Source: Piromyces finnis finn | Taxonomy: Eukaryota; Fungi; Neocallimastigomycota | Reading direction: 5' to 3' | DNA: 64,000 bases | Assembly (NCBI GenBank): GCA_002104945.1 | Contig: MCFH01000067.1 | Coordinates: forward strand, 1 to 64,000 | Shown here: positions 12,143 through 23,504 of the stretch, one piece after another | Numbering within the stretch: the first letter of the stretch is position 1 | Layout of the letters: every line of letters starts with the position of its first letter | Program-made: the position numbers and the translations under genes | The notes under the pieces: model-generated | Seen by the model: only the letters and a program-made list of their open reading frames with translations | What the model was told of the DNA's origin: nothing | The model's database searches: none

Positions 12143-15100
12143 TTATAGAGAGGACAAATAGGGCTTCACATTTTTAATATGGACATTACGTTCTAATATC
12201 TTATGCGTGTCCAGTGTTTCTAGAACTAAAGTGTTGAATTTTGATACTTTCTTCACTTTAAATGGTCCTAAAAAGAATGGATCTAATTTTTTTCTACCTA
12301 TATATCTTACCAACACTAGATCATCTGGCTTGTACCGGTGTTGCATAGACTTTGCTGTTTCATTTCTTTGAAGCCAATAGTCGTGAGCTTGCTTGATATT
12401 TTCAGTAGCTTCTTGTACCCAATTCTGGTGTCTGACAAAACGTCTGAAATTGTATTCTTCGTCAGACTCATCCTTTTCTTTTGGAATATCTGGTAGCAAT
12501 ACGCTAAGAGGCCATAAGTCTTTTCTTCCATATAAGAGTTCGAAACTACTAAACCCTGTAACTTTCGAACGAGACGTACGCAGAGCCCATAAAGTTGCCG
12601 GAAGTATTTCGTCCCAATTTTCTTGATTTTTACATAAATGTCGAAGTATTTTTATTATTTCTCTATTTCTGTTTTCAACTTGTCCATTAGCTTCAGGGTG
12701 ATGTGGTGCAACGAATTGAACCCAGGAACCATATAAGTCTATCATTGTTTTTGTTATGTCCGAAGTGAACTGACTTCCATTATCAGTGACAATTATTTCT
12801 GGGACACCATGTCTTGCAAAGACGTCTTTTAAGAAATAAATAACGTCTTGACTTTCGATTCTCTTTAAGGGAGCGGCTTCAACCCATTTAGTAGTATAGT
12901 CTACTAAAACAATGATATATAAATTACCTCTATCTGTTAATGGTAGTGGTCCAACTATATCCAAACCAACTCTAACGAAGGGTCTTTCAACAGGACTTGA
13001 AATATTAGACAGGTTTTTAGGAATGGGTTTTGGACGGTAGCATTGACATTCTAAACATGTTTTAACGACTTTATTTACGTCGTTCCACATTCCTGGCCAA
13101 TAATATATTTCTTTTAATCTGGAAAGTGTTTTTTCAACACCTTCATGGCCGACAAGATGAGCCTTACGAATCAAGGAGAATTTTAAAGAGTCATCTTCAA
13201 TAACTTTTAAAAAGTTTCCAGATTTAGAGCGGTAAACAAGAGTACCATTTAAAAATGAATAGTTCTTCTTAACATATTCAATAATTTTGGGAGGAGCAAA
13301 GGTGGAAATATTATCTTCTTTGTCTTCTAAGATAGAATGAATAGAATTAATATTTAAATTTTGCGAAGAGGGCATACGGGACAAAGCATCAGCAAAAACA
13401 TTATTTTTACCTTTTTCATAAATGATGTCGACTCTAAATTCATTAAACTTGGCTATCCATCTAATATGTCTATCATTAGAAGGAATACTTGAAGTAAAGA
13501 AACCTACAAGTGGCTTATGGTCAGTGTATACTTTTACAACAAGAGGAGAAGCTGCAATATAGGAGCGAAATTTATTCAAAGCGAATAAAATAGCAATACC
13601 TTCTTTTTCAGTAACAGAATAACGCGTTTCAGCATCTTTAAGACATCTACTAACACAATAAATAGGAAACTCAATATCTAAAGAGTCAGAAGGCTGTAGA
13701 AGAACAGCGCCAACGGCATAAGAAGAAGCGTCAGTACGAATAATGAATTGTTTATTAGGGTCGGGATATTTTAAAATACTGGAGGAGCAAATAAAAGAAC
13801 GAAGTGTATGAAAGGCATCAGAATGGATATCTAACCAAATAAAACTAGCTTTAGGACTTGTAAGTTTATATAAACAACTTGAAATAGCAGCAAAGTTAGG
13901 AATAAATTTTCTATAGTAGCTAACTAAGCCAAGGAAGGACCTAAGTTGAGTGACGTTTTTAGGAGTGTTCCAAGAAGCTATAGCAAGAACTTTAGAAGGC
14001 ATAGGTTTAATACCATCTGCAGTAAGTACGTGACCAAGAACTTCGACGGAGTTTTTGCAAAAAGAACACTTATCAATATTAATAGAGAATTTATGCTCTC
14101 TTAGGATAATAAAAAGTTTTTCAAGGTCCTTTAAATGTTGTTTAAAGTTAGGAGAATAAACTAAAATATCATCCATGTAAACAAATAGACAAGTACCGAT
14201 AAGAGGCATAAGAATACGGTTCATCTCACGTTGGAAGGATGCGGGTGCATTAGTTAACCCGAATGGCATAACCTTAAAGTTAAAATTACCAAACTTAGTA
14301 GTGAATGCTGTCTTTTCGATATCTTTGCTATTCATTGGAATTTGATGAAAACCAGAAAAAAGGTCAATAGCAGAGAAATATTTTGCGCCATGAACAGATT
14401 CTAGTAGTTCATCAATAAATGGTAGAGCATACGCGTCTTTAATAGTAATTTGATTTAATTTTCTATAATCGACACACATACGCCATTTACCATTTTTCTT
14501 TTTCACCATAACAACAGGGAATGACCATGGTGAATGAGAAGGTTCAATGAGACCGTGTTTCAATAGTTTCGAAATCTCTTCTTTTAATGCTTGGGATTGA
14601 GCAAGAGATATCTTATAAGGTCTCAGTTTAATGGGTTTGGTGGATGTTAATTCAATAGAATGAGGTTCAGCATCAGCAACTGAAACATCATCAATGGAAT
14701 CGATTAAAACATCCCTATAATTTTTTATTAAAGAATGAAGTTGAATTTGTTCATCCTTTGAGATAATATTATCAATATCAGAAATATCTTTTAAGGAATT
14801 AATATTATTCATAATAGTAATATGATATAATTTATTTCCTTGCGATATGGAATCTGATGGTTGAGCAACCATAATAGAGGATCCATCAGTTTTCATATAT
14901 AAAGCGTCGTCATCAGGATCTATATATAGCCTATGATCCTTTTGTGACTGGCGCCCAAGTATGATATCATAGCAGGAATCTTCGTCTTCTAGGATCCAGA
15001 AGGTAGTACTTATTTTAAGCTTATCAAAACGAAGAACGAGACTTACTGCTTGATTAGTGGAGATGACTTGTTGGCTAGCTAGCTTGAAGAATGTTCTTTT

Positions 15101-15520
15101 AAAGTATTTAATTTTATGTTTCTTTGATATAATATCAAAGAAGGACTTAGTAATCACGTTGACATCAGAGCCTGTATCCACTAACACTCTTACAATATTG
15201 TTGTCAACAGAACCTATAACAGAAGCGATATTGACTTTATTAATGACGTTAATCTCATTACTAACATCAATGTTGTCAACACTATTGTTAACATTATTGT
15301 TATTATCATCACCATCGACATCACCTTCGTTGATAATATTAATAAATGAACTAATATCATCATCATCAAGATCCAAATTTTGAATGGCGTTTATTTTTCT
15401 AACGTCATTAGGATCAAGTTTTAAGCCTTTCGCACAAAGTCTTCTAATGATAGGGCTAACAGCAAAGAGTTGTGCAAAGGTAATACCAGCGTTGGTATTA
15501 TTGAGAGCATCATATACATC
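12143..15520 (-). CDS. pol: Element A pol, C-terminal part: aspartic protease, RT, RNase H, integrase
   Basis: VLVDTGSD protease, YMDD RT, RTDAS RNase H, HHCC plus D,D35E integrase and GPF motif. Frame is open up to the element B insertion point at 15520. Confidence 0.93.
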   Translation of the reverse strand, partial: DVYDALNNTNAGITFAQLFAVSPIIRRLCAKGLKLDPNDVRKINAIQNLDLDDDDISSFINIINEGDVDGDDNNNNVNNSVDNIDVSNEINVINKVNIASVIGSVDNNIVRVLVDTGSDVNVITKSFFDIISKKHKIKYFKRTFFKLASQQVISTNQAVSLVLRFDKLKISTTFWILEDEDSCYDIILGRQSQKDHRLYIDPDDDALYMKTDGSSIMVAQPSDSISQGNKLYHITIMNNINSLKDISDIDNIISKDEQIQLHSLIKNYRDVLIDSIDDVSVADAEPHSIELTSTKPIKLRPYKISLAQSQALKEEISKLLKHGLIEPSHSPWSFPVVMVKKKNGKWRMCVDYRKLNQITIKDAYALPFIDELLESVHGAKYFSAIDLFSGFHQIPMNSKDIEKTAFTTKFGNFNFKVMPFGLTNAPASFQREMNRILMPLIGTCLFVYMDDILVYSPNFKQHLKDLEKLFIILREHKFSINIDKCSFCKNSVEVLGHVLTADGIKPMPSKVLAIASWNTPKNVTQLRSFLGLVSYYRKFIPNFAAISSCLYKLTSPKASFIWLDIHSDAFHTLRSFICSSSILKYPDPNKQFIIRTDASSYAVGAVLLQPSDSLDIEFPIYCVSRCLKDAETRYSVTEKEGIAILFALNKFRSYIAASPLVVKVYTDHKPLVGFFTSSIPSNDRHIRWIAKFNEFRVDIIYEKGKNNVFADALSRMPSSQNLNINSIHSILEDKEDNISTFAPPKIIEYVKKNYSFLNGTLVYRSKSGNFLKVIEDDSLKFSLIRKAHLVGHEGVEKTLSRLKEIYYWPGMWNDVNKVVKTCLECQCYRPKPIPKNLSNISSPVERPFVRVGLDIVGPLPLTDRGNLYIIVLVDYTTKWVEAAPLKRIESQDVIYFLKDVFARHGVPEIIVTDNGSQFTSDITKTMIDLYGSWVQFVAPHHPEANGQVENRNREIIKILRHLCKNQENWDEILPATLWALRTSRSKVTGFSSFELLYGRKDLWPLSVLLPDIPKEKDESDEEYNFRRFVRHQNWVQEATENIKQAHDYWLQRNETAKSMQHRYKPDDLVLVRYIGRKKLDPFFLGPFKVKKVSKFNTLVLETLDTHKILERNVHIKNVKPYLSSL

Positions 15521-15525
15521 ATACT

Positions 15526-16131
15526 TGTAAAGTCAGACACTAAACCGAATAGATTAGGATATCTAACCTATTACAATAACACAAAAATTTGAGAAATAAA
15601 ATAAAAAATTGTTTTATAAAATATCTTTTATTATAATAGAATTTTAATAATAACAATTACATCGATAAAATGATGAAAAATATCTTCTATTTATATTTTT
15701 CCTAAATACATTTATATTATATTATAACTATTTATTTCTTATATATTATTATTTAAAATCTACACTAAAATCTTAATTATTAATAAATATTTAAACTATA
15801 ACTATTTTTAGTAAAATACAATTGGCAATTCAAATTAAGTACCATTTAATTTGAATATGTGCCCATGTATTATTGATATATTAATCATTTATTATTTATC
15901 TATTTCTATAAAAAAACAATACTAAAACTAGGGATTTAAATTGAGAATATTAATTTACTTGTTAAACATTAAAAATAAATTAATAATTTATTTTGTTTTA
16001 AACTTTAATTATTAATAAATAAATTATGTCTCATTTTCTTTTTCTGAATATAATTTGTGTAACTTAAACAATAATACTTGTGGCTTAAGTTACATTAAAG
16101 ATATCAAACAGAGGCGTTTGATGTCTTTACA
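15526..16131 (-). repeat. 3' LTR of element B
   Basis: 606-bp direct repeat of 21272-21878. Confidence 0.95.
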
Positions 16132-16167
16132 ATCTCTCTCTCTAAGTCGAGCTCCTGCGAGATTAAT

Positions 16168-19100
16168 TTATAAGGAATCTTTTCTCGAAGGAATTTCAAT
16201 TACAAATGGTTGGTATCTGTGCTTGATTAGATTACCACCTTTATTCTTTCTTATTCTCATGGAGGAGTCATTCAACTTATGTTTTGACTTTTTAGAGTTT
16301 CTTTCGAACTCTTGTATTAATTGTTTGTCCGGGATCTGATCTTCAGAAACCCAAGTGGATTTGTCAAATCCTTTCCACGATAACTTATAAAATGTCTCAC
16401 CATTAACAGATTTCATCTTCTCAATTTTTTCTGGAATTTTTTCAATTAAATCTGTGCTAAGATGAATATTTCTTTTCCTACTATTAGACCTATCTATAAA
16501 CTCGTTTTCAAAGTATGGTTCTAACAATGAGACATGAAAGACTGGATGACATCTCATTGTCTTTGGGAGTTTCAATTTAAAAGCGAGAGAACTAACTTTT
16601 TCAATTATTTCAAATGGACCAAGCATTTGAGGTGCTAATTTCTTCTTCAAGTTAGTTCTCGGAGAATCTTTCAATAACCATACCTTCTTTCCCACTTCAA
16701 ATTCCGGGGGACTCATTCTTTTCATATCGGCATATTTCTTATATGTTTCTTTTGCTTTTTCTAAGTTTCCTTTTAATAATTTAAAGTTTTCACTCATATC
16801 AATTACTCTTTGTTCAGCTCTACTAGGTCTATCATTAGCCGGGATTTCCAAGCTGAACTTTGGATGAAAACCATAATTAGCAAAGAATGGGGATTGATTT
16901 ATAGATTGTTGTAAAGTATTATTATAAGCAAATTCAGCAAACGGGATAAGATCAACCCAGTTATTCTGCTTTTTATTGATAAAACAACGGAAATATTGTT
17001 CTAATATGCCGTTCACCCTCTCCGTTTGACCATCTGTCTGCGGATGGTTAGCAGTTGACAATGAATGATTGATATTAAGAAGGTCACAAAGTCTTGACCA
17101 GAAATCAGAAGTAAATTGCGAGCCTCTATCAGAAATAATGGAATTAGGAAGACCATGCAAACGGAAGACATTGGCAATAAAAGCATCAGCAGCAATTGAA
17201 GCAGTAGGAAGACAACGTAAAGGAATGGCGTGAGCAAATTTAGTAAATCTATCGACAACAACCATAAGTGTAGTCATATCTCTGGACTTAGGAAGATCAA
17301 CAATAAAGTCGATAGAGATATCAGACCAAGGCCTACTAGGAGTGTCCAAAGGGGATAACAATCCATAAGGCTTATGTCTAGGGACTTTGGATTTGCAACA
17401 AGTCACGCAAGATTTAATAAAGGATTTAACATCTGAATGAAATCTTGGCCACCAAAAGTTTCTTGAAATAAGTTCGACAGTTTTCTTAATGCCGAAATGG
17501 CCAGCAGCAACAGAATCATGATGGAGTTCCAAAACTCTAGTCCTAAGAGATTTAGGAACATAAATAAGATTATTAAATAACAAAAATCCTTCACCGTCAA
17601 TAATAACTTTATCAATATTTTTAATAGGTGCATTACTTGTAGAACCATTCATTTTAAATTGAACAATGGAATTATACAAATCGTCATTTTTAAGTTCTGA
17701 TAAAATAGAATCTATTAAAGGTTTGTTATCACTATGATGAAGCGAAATAGTAAGACAAGAAACATCAGAGTTAATAACATTCACTAAATGATCACTTCTA
17801 CGAGACAGAATGTCAGGCTTACCAGATTTCTTACCAGCTCTATAAATGAGTTTAAAGTCAAATCTGGATAAGAACAAATTCCATCTAATTTGTCTCTGAG
17901 ATAACATTTCAGGTTTTCTAGGAAATGTTAAGTTCTTGTGATCGGTATAAATTATGAACTGATGGCGTGCACCCTCTAAGTAATGACGCCATTCTTCAAG
18001 TGCAACTATAATGGCTAACAGTTCCTTGTCATATATAGGATAGTTTCTTTGACAACTCGTCAAACTTTTAGAAAGAAATGCAATGGGATGTAATTTGCCG
18101 TCAAACTCTTGAGAGAGAATAGCACCGACAGCATAATTACTAGCATCAGTTTCAACAATAAATTGTTTATTACTATCCGCATGTTTCAGAATAGGAGCTG
18201 ACGTGAACAAAGTTTTTAATAAATTAAAAGCGTCCTGATCTTCTTTCACCCAGTTAAAAGCAACATTTTTTCTAGTGAGCTTGTGAAGAGGGTTTGCAAT
18301 TTTAGCAAAGTCTTTAATAAAAATTCTGTAATAGTTACATAGACCAATAAAAGACTGAACCTCTTTAACATTCTTGGGAACCGGCCAATCGAGAATTGCT
18401 TTAACTTTATTTTCATCCATTTGCAACCCATCTTTTGAAATGACATAACCAAGAAAAGTGGTTTTCTTAACATCAAACTCACATTTTTCTAATTTAACAT
18501 AAAGATTATTTTCGAGTAGTTTCTTAAGTACCTTTTTAACATGCTCGTGATGCTCTTCGATATTATTAGAATAAATAAGGATATCATCAATATATGAGAT
18601 AACAAAATCATCTAAATAATCACTAAGAACATCGTTAATAAAGTGTTGAAAGGTTGCAGGTGCATTCTTTAATCCAAAAGGCATAACCAGATATTCAAAA
18701 TGACCATACCTAGTACGAAAAGCCGTTTTGTATTCATCACCTTCTTTAATACGAACAAGATTATAAGCGGATTTAAGGTCTAGTTTGGTAAAAATCTTAG
18801 CATTTTTCACCCTATCCAAAAGGTCACTTATTAAAGGTAAAGGATATGAATTACGAATTGTAATATCATTCAACCTTCTATAATCAATACAAAGTCTTAA
18901 GGAACCGTCCTTCTTTTTAACAAACAAAATTGGGGCACCAGCAGGAGACGATGATTTCCTAATGAAACCTTTATTTAAATTTTCATCTATATACTTTTTA
19001 AGTTCCTCTCTTTCAACTTCAGTTAATGGATACAAAGGTCCATAAAATAAAGTTGAATCATCCTTAAGCTTGATTTCGCAATCATAAGGTCTATGAGGAG

Positions 19101-20772
19101 GTAACACTTCACAATTTTTTTCATTAAACACTTCACTAAATTCTAAATATTGGGTTGGTACGGAGACCAATTTATCTTTATTAATATCCTTTTCATTATT
19201 ATTATTATTATTACTACATGATTCATTATTATTATTACATGTTTCATTAATTTTCGTTACAATACATTTAACCTTTTTATTAAAACTAATATATTCCTCA
19301 TCGCTATCATCTTCATCATTAATGGTTCTAACAAGGCGGCCTTTAATATACTCCTTTTCTTCAGGGTTTTTTAAAGGGGCTGTAGAGACAGATTTTACTG
19401 TTTTAGTTAAACTTCGGTCAAGAACATCATGATCTAGCTGGCTTTTTTGAGACTTCTTTCTTTGCTTCCTTCTTCTTTTACCTTGGTTACAGTGTCTAGC
19501 ACAATAACCGGAACTAAAAGCAATTTTCTTAGGATCATAAAAAGCTTCAGGATTATGCTTTTTGATCCAAGGTAACCCAAGAATAACATCAACTCCAGGA
19601 ACCTTTAAGCTATACAGCTGAATAACTTCATAATGGTTCCTATATCTTAGCATACATTTCTCCGACTTTTCCCAGACTCTGGAAATTCCATCATTGACTC
19701 CGGAAACACGGAATGGGTCAATATTCTCAAATTTAATGCCAAGATCCTCAGCAATATCCGGGTTAATAAAATTTAACTCGGAACCAGAATCAATCAACAC
19801 CTTGATTTTTGCTTCGGGGACCTCGTTAGTACTTAAATAAAAGTCAATAAAATTCAAATCATCTTTTTTGTCCATTACTCCTACTTTATAAATTTTCGGT
19901 TCAACAATCTTAGGAGTTTTTTCTTTAATTATTCTAAAAACCTTCTTGGGTTTTACTCTATTTGGACAATTAAATTTAAAATGTCCAGGTTTTTTACACA
20001 AAAAACAAACCCCCTTTCTCCTTTCTTCTTCAAACGTTCTTGGGCTCTCATCATAATTATTACTAGTTCCTTGAATATTTACATAACGTTTACGCTTCTT
20101 ATCAGCACTAATTCTAAAAACGTCAACATCCATAGGATCATTAGCCCTTCTATTATTAAAATAAAACTCACTCAAAGAATTCCTTTTCATCATATCTTCA
20201 ACTAATATTGTTGAGGATATTAAATGTTCCATAGATGACGGGTTTGTTTCGACAAACGCCAATTTCTCTCTAAGTAATGGATTTAAACCTTTCAGAAACA
20301 TATAGATCTTAGCACTTTCGTTAAAGTTGGAATTTTGGCTAACTCGTTGAAACTCGGTGATATAATCAACTACTTGACCAAGTTTTCTTTGTCTAATGTT
20401 ATCGAGTTTACCGTTTGCAACAACAGTGTCATATCGATCACTACCGAAATTAGCTCTGAGGCGATCTATAAATTCATCATAATGGTTCAATACATTACTA
20501 TTATTCCTCATAAGCGATGATGATCATTCCAGGGGTCTACCAGAGAAGTAGGAAATAACGAAATCAACCCGGACGCGATCTGTATTGTACAGTGCCGGTC
20601 GAGTTCGAAATACCAATTCTACTCTAGTTAAAAACCCATCTAAATCTCTATGTCTACCAGTAAACAACGGAGGAGCATTGATAATGTTCCCTGGATTTAC
20701 TGTAGAACCACCACCTCTTTCTTCCATTTCTTCTAAATTTAAATTATCAAAAGTATTAATTAATTCCTCCAA
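16168..20772 (-). pseudogene. gag-pol: Element B single-frame gag-pol with one in-frame TGA at 20524-20526
   Basis: ORFs 20524-20772 and 16168-20511 share a frame (GRPLE-TGA-SSSLMRNNS). Contains CCHC knuckle CFLCKKPGHFKFNC, protease IDSGS, RT YIDD, RNase H, integrase and a C-terminal chromodomain-like segment (IEKMKSVNGETFYKLSWKGFDKSTWVSEDQI). Confidence 0.88.
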
Positions 20773-20845
20773 CTCTAATACAAAAACACATAAAATTAAA
20801 ATTAAGTAAAATAACGAGGGTTTCTTACTATTATTTCAAGTAAGT

Positions 20846-20884
<39 letters not shown>

Positions 20885-21260
20885 CGTCTTCTAACAATAA
20901 GTTAATAAGTTATTACAGACTCTCTCTGTATAATTACAGTGTCGAACAAGTTATTAACTAATGTTAATTCCAAACTTCAGCCGTAGTAATAGTCCTTTTC
21001 AAATACGAATTATTCGGTGAAGCGTTCCGATTGATTAAAGTATTCTTGTAGTCCGGTAGAATATCCCAAAGTTCTTGATAATCTTCCTTAGGTAGCCTTA
21101 GCAAAATATTCAAAAATTTCTTCTATTTCTTCAAGTAGAGTTTTCCAAAAAGTTCTTATATTTCTTCTAGTAGAATTCTTCTATTTGTCCTAGTAGAATC
21201 TTCCCAAAAGTTCTTCTATTTCTTCTTGATACCCTAACGTATTCGTAACTATCTGTTTAG

Positions 21261-21271
21261 GTAATTGTTAT
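21261..21271 (-). other. Self-priming PBS of element B (ATAACAATTAC)
   Basis: Abuts the 5' LTR, lacks TGG, and is perfectly complementary over 11 nt to LTR positions 21397-21407. Confidence 0.8.
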
Positions 21272-21878
21272 TGTAAAGTCAGACACTAAACCGAATAGAT
21301 TAGGATATCTAACCTATTACAATAACACAAAAATTTGAGAAATAAAATAAAAAAATTGTTTTATAAAATATCTTTTATTATAATAGAATTTTAATAATAA
21401 CAATTACATCGATAAAATGATGAAAAATATCTTCTATTTATATTTTTCCTAAATACATTTATATTATATTATAACTATTTATTTCTTATATATTATTATT
21501 TAAAATCTACACTAAAATCTTAATTATTAATAAATATTTAAACTATAACTATTTTTAGTAAAATACAATTGGCAATTCAAATTAAGTACCATTTAATTTG
21601 AATATGTGCCCATGTATTATTGATATATTAATCATTTATTATTTATCTATTTCTATAAAAAAACAATACTAAAACTAGGGATTTAAATTGAGAATATTAA
21701 TTTACTTGTTAAACATTAAAAATAAATTAATAATTTATTTTGTTTTAAACTTTAATTATTAATAAATAAATTATGTCTCATTTTCTTTTTCTGAATATAA
21801 TTTGTGTAACTTAAACAATAATACTTGTGGCTTAAGTTACATTAAAGATATCAAACAGAGGCGTTTGATGTCTTTACA
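21272..21878 (-). repeat. 5' LTR of element B
   Basis: 607 bp; TATAAAT on the minus strand at about 21436-21442, roughly 30 nt upstream of the predicted start at 21407. Confidence 0.95.
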
Positions 21879-22540
21879 ATACTCCTTATTTTTGCCAAGC
21901 ATAATAATAGAACGTAAGAAGTCGTAATAGTTTCCTTTCAGCGACTTCTTACTTCCAATAACTTCTTCCTCTATATCATCTTGATTACTAGAGATATCCG
22001 GACCAGTTCTCCTTTTGTTTCTGGCTTCTTTATTTTTCTTCTTGGCAGAAGAGATATTCTTGCCTGCAATTACCGAGGGGTCTAGGATGTCCAGGCGGGA
22101 AGTAGTGGTATGAAAATTTGAATTTTTCTCGTTTTGAATTTCTTGCTGTTCTTTCATCTGAGTGGCCTTTGTGTGTATTGGCAAGGGGTTTTCTCGAAGT
22201 TTCTTTTTCTTCGACTGAGTCACGTGATCCTCATCTTCACTTTCATCACTTTCTTCAGAACTTTTCCTCTTGAATGCGTAAATAAGGTTTTCGATGTCCT
22301 TATCATCGATTGTATTTGTCACGTGATTTTGTGTAACATCATCCTTATCTATGTCTTTGATTAGATCATCCACCAAAGGGTCAGAGAATTTTTCTTCAGA
22401 ATTTGAAAATTTTTCTGTTTTATGTGAGTCACGTGTTTCATCAACATAAACTTGCTCGTTTATGTTATTGATATTGTGGGTTTGGTTATTATCAATTTTG
22501 GAGTTAGAAGGGGAAGATTGAGAACTTCCCCCATTTAATT
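21879..22540 (-). CDS. pol: Element A pol, N-terminal part (-1 frame relative to gag)
   Basis: Open frame from the slippery site to the B insertion. Removing B and one TSD joins ...KNKEY to DVYDALNNTNAG... in frame. Confidence 0.8.
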
Positions 22541-22544
22541 TAAA
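22510..22544 (-). other. -1 programmed ribosomal frameshift signal of element A
   Basis: Slippery heptamer T TTA AAT (22538-22544), 6-nt spacer, hairpin GGGGAAG-N8-CTTCCCC (22510-22531). Confidence 0.75.
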
Positions 22545-23404
22545 TGGTTTTGGGAAAGGAGAGTAGCAATAAACTTATTCATATCTGACATTTCATTAGG
22601 GCAAAAACGAGCATCATGTCCTCTCTGATTACAGCGGTGACAGACATGAATTTTCATCTGGGCAAAACTCTTGGTCAGAGCCTCTAGATCGGATTCCTTA
22701 ACGTCTTTTGTACCTCCTTGATTTTTATTGTTATTACTACTACTACTGTTATTATTACTATTATTATTATTATAAGGCGATTTTTCATTGTTGGTAGTAG
22801 TTCTTTTCTTAAAGGAGCTATTGCTTTTGTTTCTTTTATAGTTATAGTCGGTTTCGTCATCACTTTCATAAGCTGAGATGGTTTCTTCTGCTGTGATGGC
22901 GATTCTCATAGCGTCCTTTAAGGTTTTTGGTTGTTTATTAATAAGAGAATTCATAATGGGAGTTCTCCTATTAAAGGCTTTAATGTAAAGGAAAACAAGT
23001 CTTTCTTCAGAAGGCTTATCCCTTTCTTTAATTTCTTTCAAGAGGTCGTTAAAAGAACGGTTAAATTCTCTAACAGAGCTTTTGTTTACTTTTATTTTTT
23101 CTAACTTATTTAGGTTTCTATTAGAGGTTTTATCATCCTCAAATAAGTTAGATATTTTATTGATAAATTCATTATAAGATAGGGATCTATCTTCATAATA
23201 AATATCACTACAAAGATCCTTTGAGTTACCGGTAGTAGCAAGCAAAGCAATTCTCTTCTTTTCTTTTTCAGAAAGAGCTAAGTCTTCTAAGATATCTTCA
23301 AGTTCCATTTTCCATCTGAAGAACTTAGTATCTTTCTTGCCAAGAGGGCTTATTTCTTTAGCCATACTAGCGGCTCTTTCAAAATTGTTTTTATTTTCAG
23401 TCAT
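22535..23404 (-). CDS. gag: Element A Gag (289 aa)
   Basis: Directly after the PBS; CCHC knuckle CHRCNQRGHDARFC near the C-terminus. Confidence 0.9.
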   Translation of the reverse strand: MTENKNNFERAASMAKEISPLGKKDTKFFRWKMELEDILEDLALSEKEKKRIALLATTGNSKDLCSDIYYEDRSLSYNEFINKISNLFEDDKTSNRNLNKLEKIKVNKSSVREFNRSFNDLLKEIKERDKPSEERLVFLYIKAFNRRTPIMNSLINKQPKTLKDAMRIAITAEETISAYESDDETDYNYKRNKSNSSFKKRTTTNNEKSPYNNNNSNNNSSSSNNNKNQGGTKDVKESDLEALTKSFAQMKIHVCHRCNQRGHDARFCPNEMSDMNKFIATLLSQNHLN

Positions 23405-23490
23405 ATTTAGTAAATAAATAAGATAATTATACTAAATATACTAATTAATAGGAATTATTTAAATTATCGGCTTTCCCACGGGACGACTGA

Positions 23491-23502
23491 GGTTCTCCAC
23501 CA
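23491..23502 (-). other. tRNA primer-binding site of element A (TGGTGGAGAACC), probably tRNA-Ala
   Basis: Begins 2 nt after the 5' LTR. Complementary to a tRNA 3' end ...UUCUCCACCA, which fits an Ala acceptor stem with U70. Confidence 0.7.
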
Positions 23503-23504
23503 CT

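Larger units (their letters stand above)
15526..21878 (-). mobile_element. Ty3/gypsy chromovirus-like (Tf1/sushi-type) retrotransposon B nested in element A pol
   Basis: LTRs 15526-16131 and 21272-21878 (one A indel seen), TGTAAAG...CTTTACA ends, perfect 5-bp TSD ATACT (15521-15525 and 21879-21883), PPT (AG)n at about 16132-16143. Confidence 0.96.

Noticed and set aside
20524-20526. TGA reassigned to Trp (alternative genetic code)
   Set aside because: Trp is TGG throughout the window, and TGA ends other genes here (35760-35762, 50747-50749).
21837-21878. C-terminus CKDIKRLCLISLM of the 179-aa ORF
   Set aside because: Read-through into element B's LTR; the ORF is the interrupted N-terminal part of element A pol.
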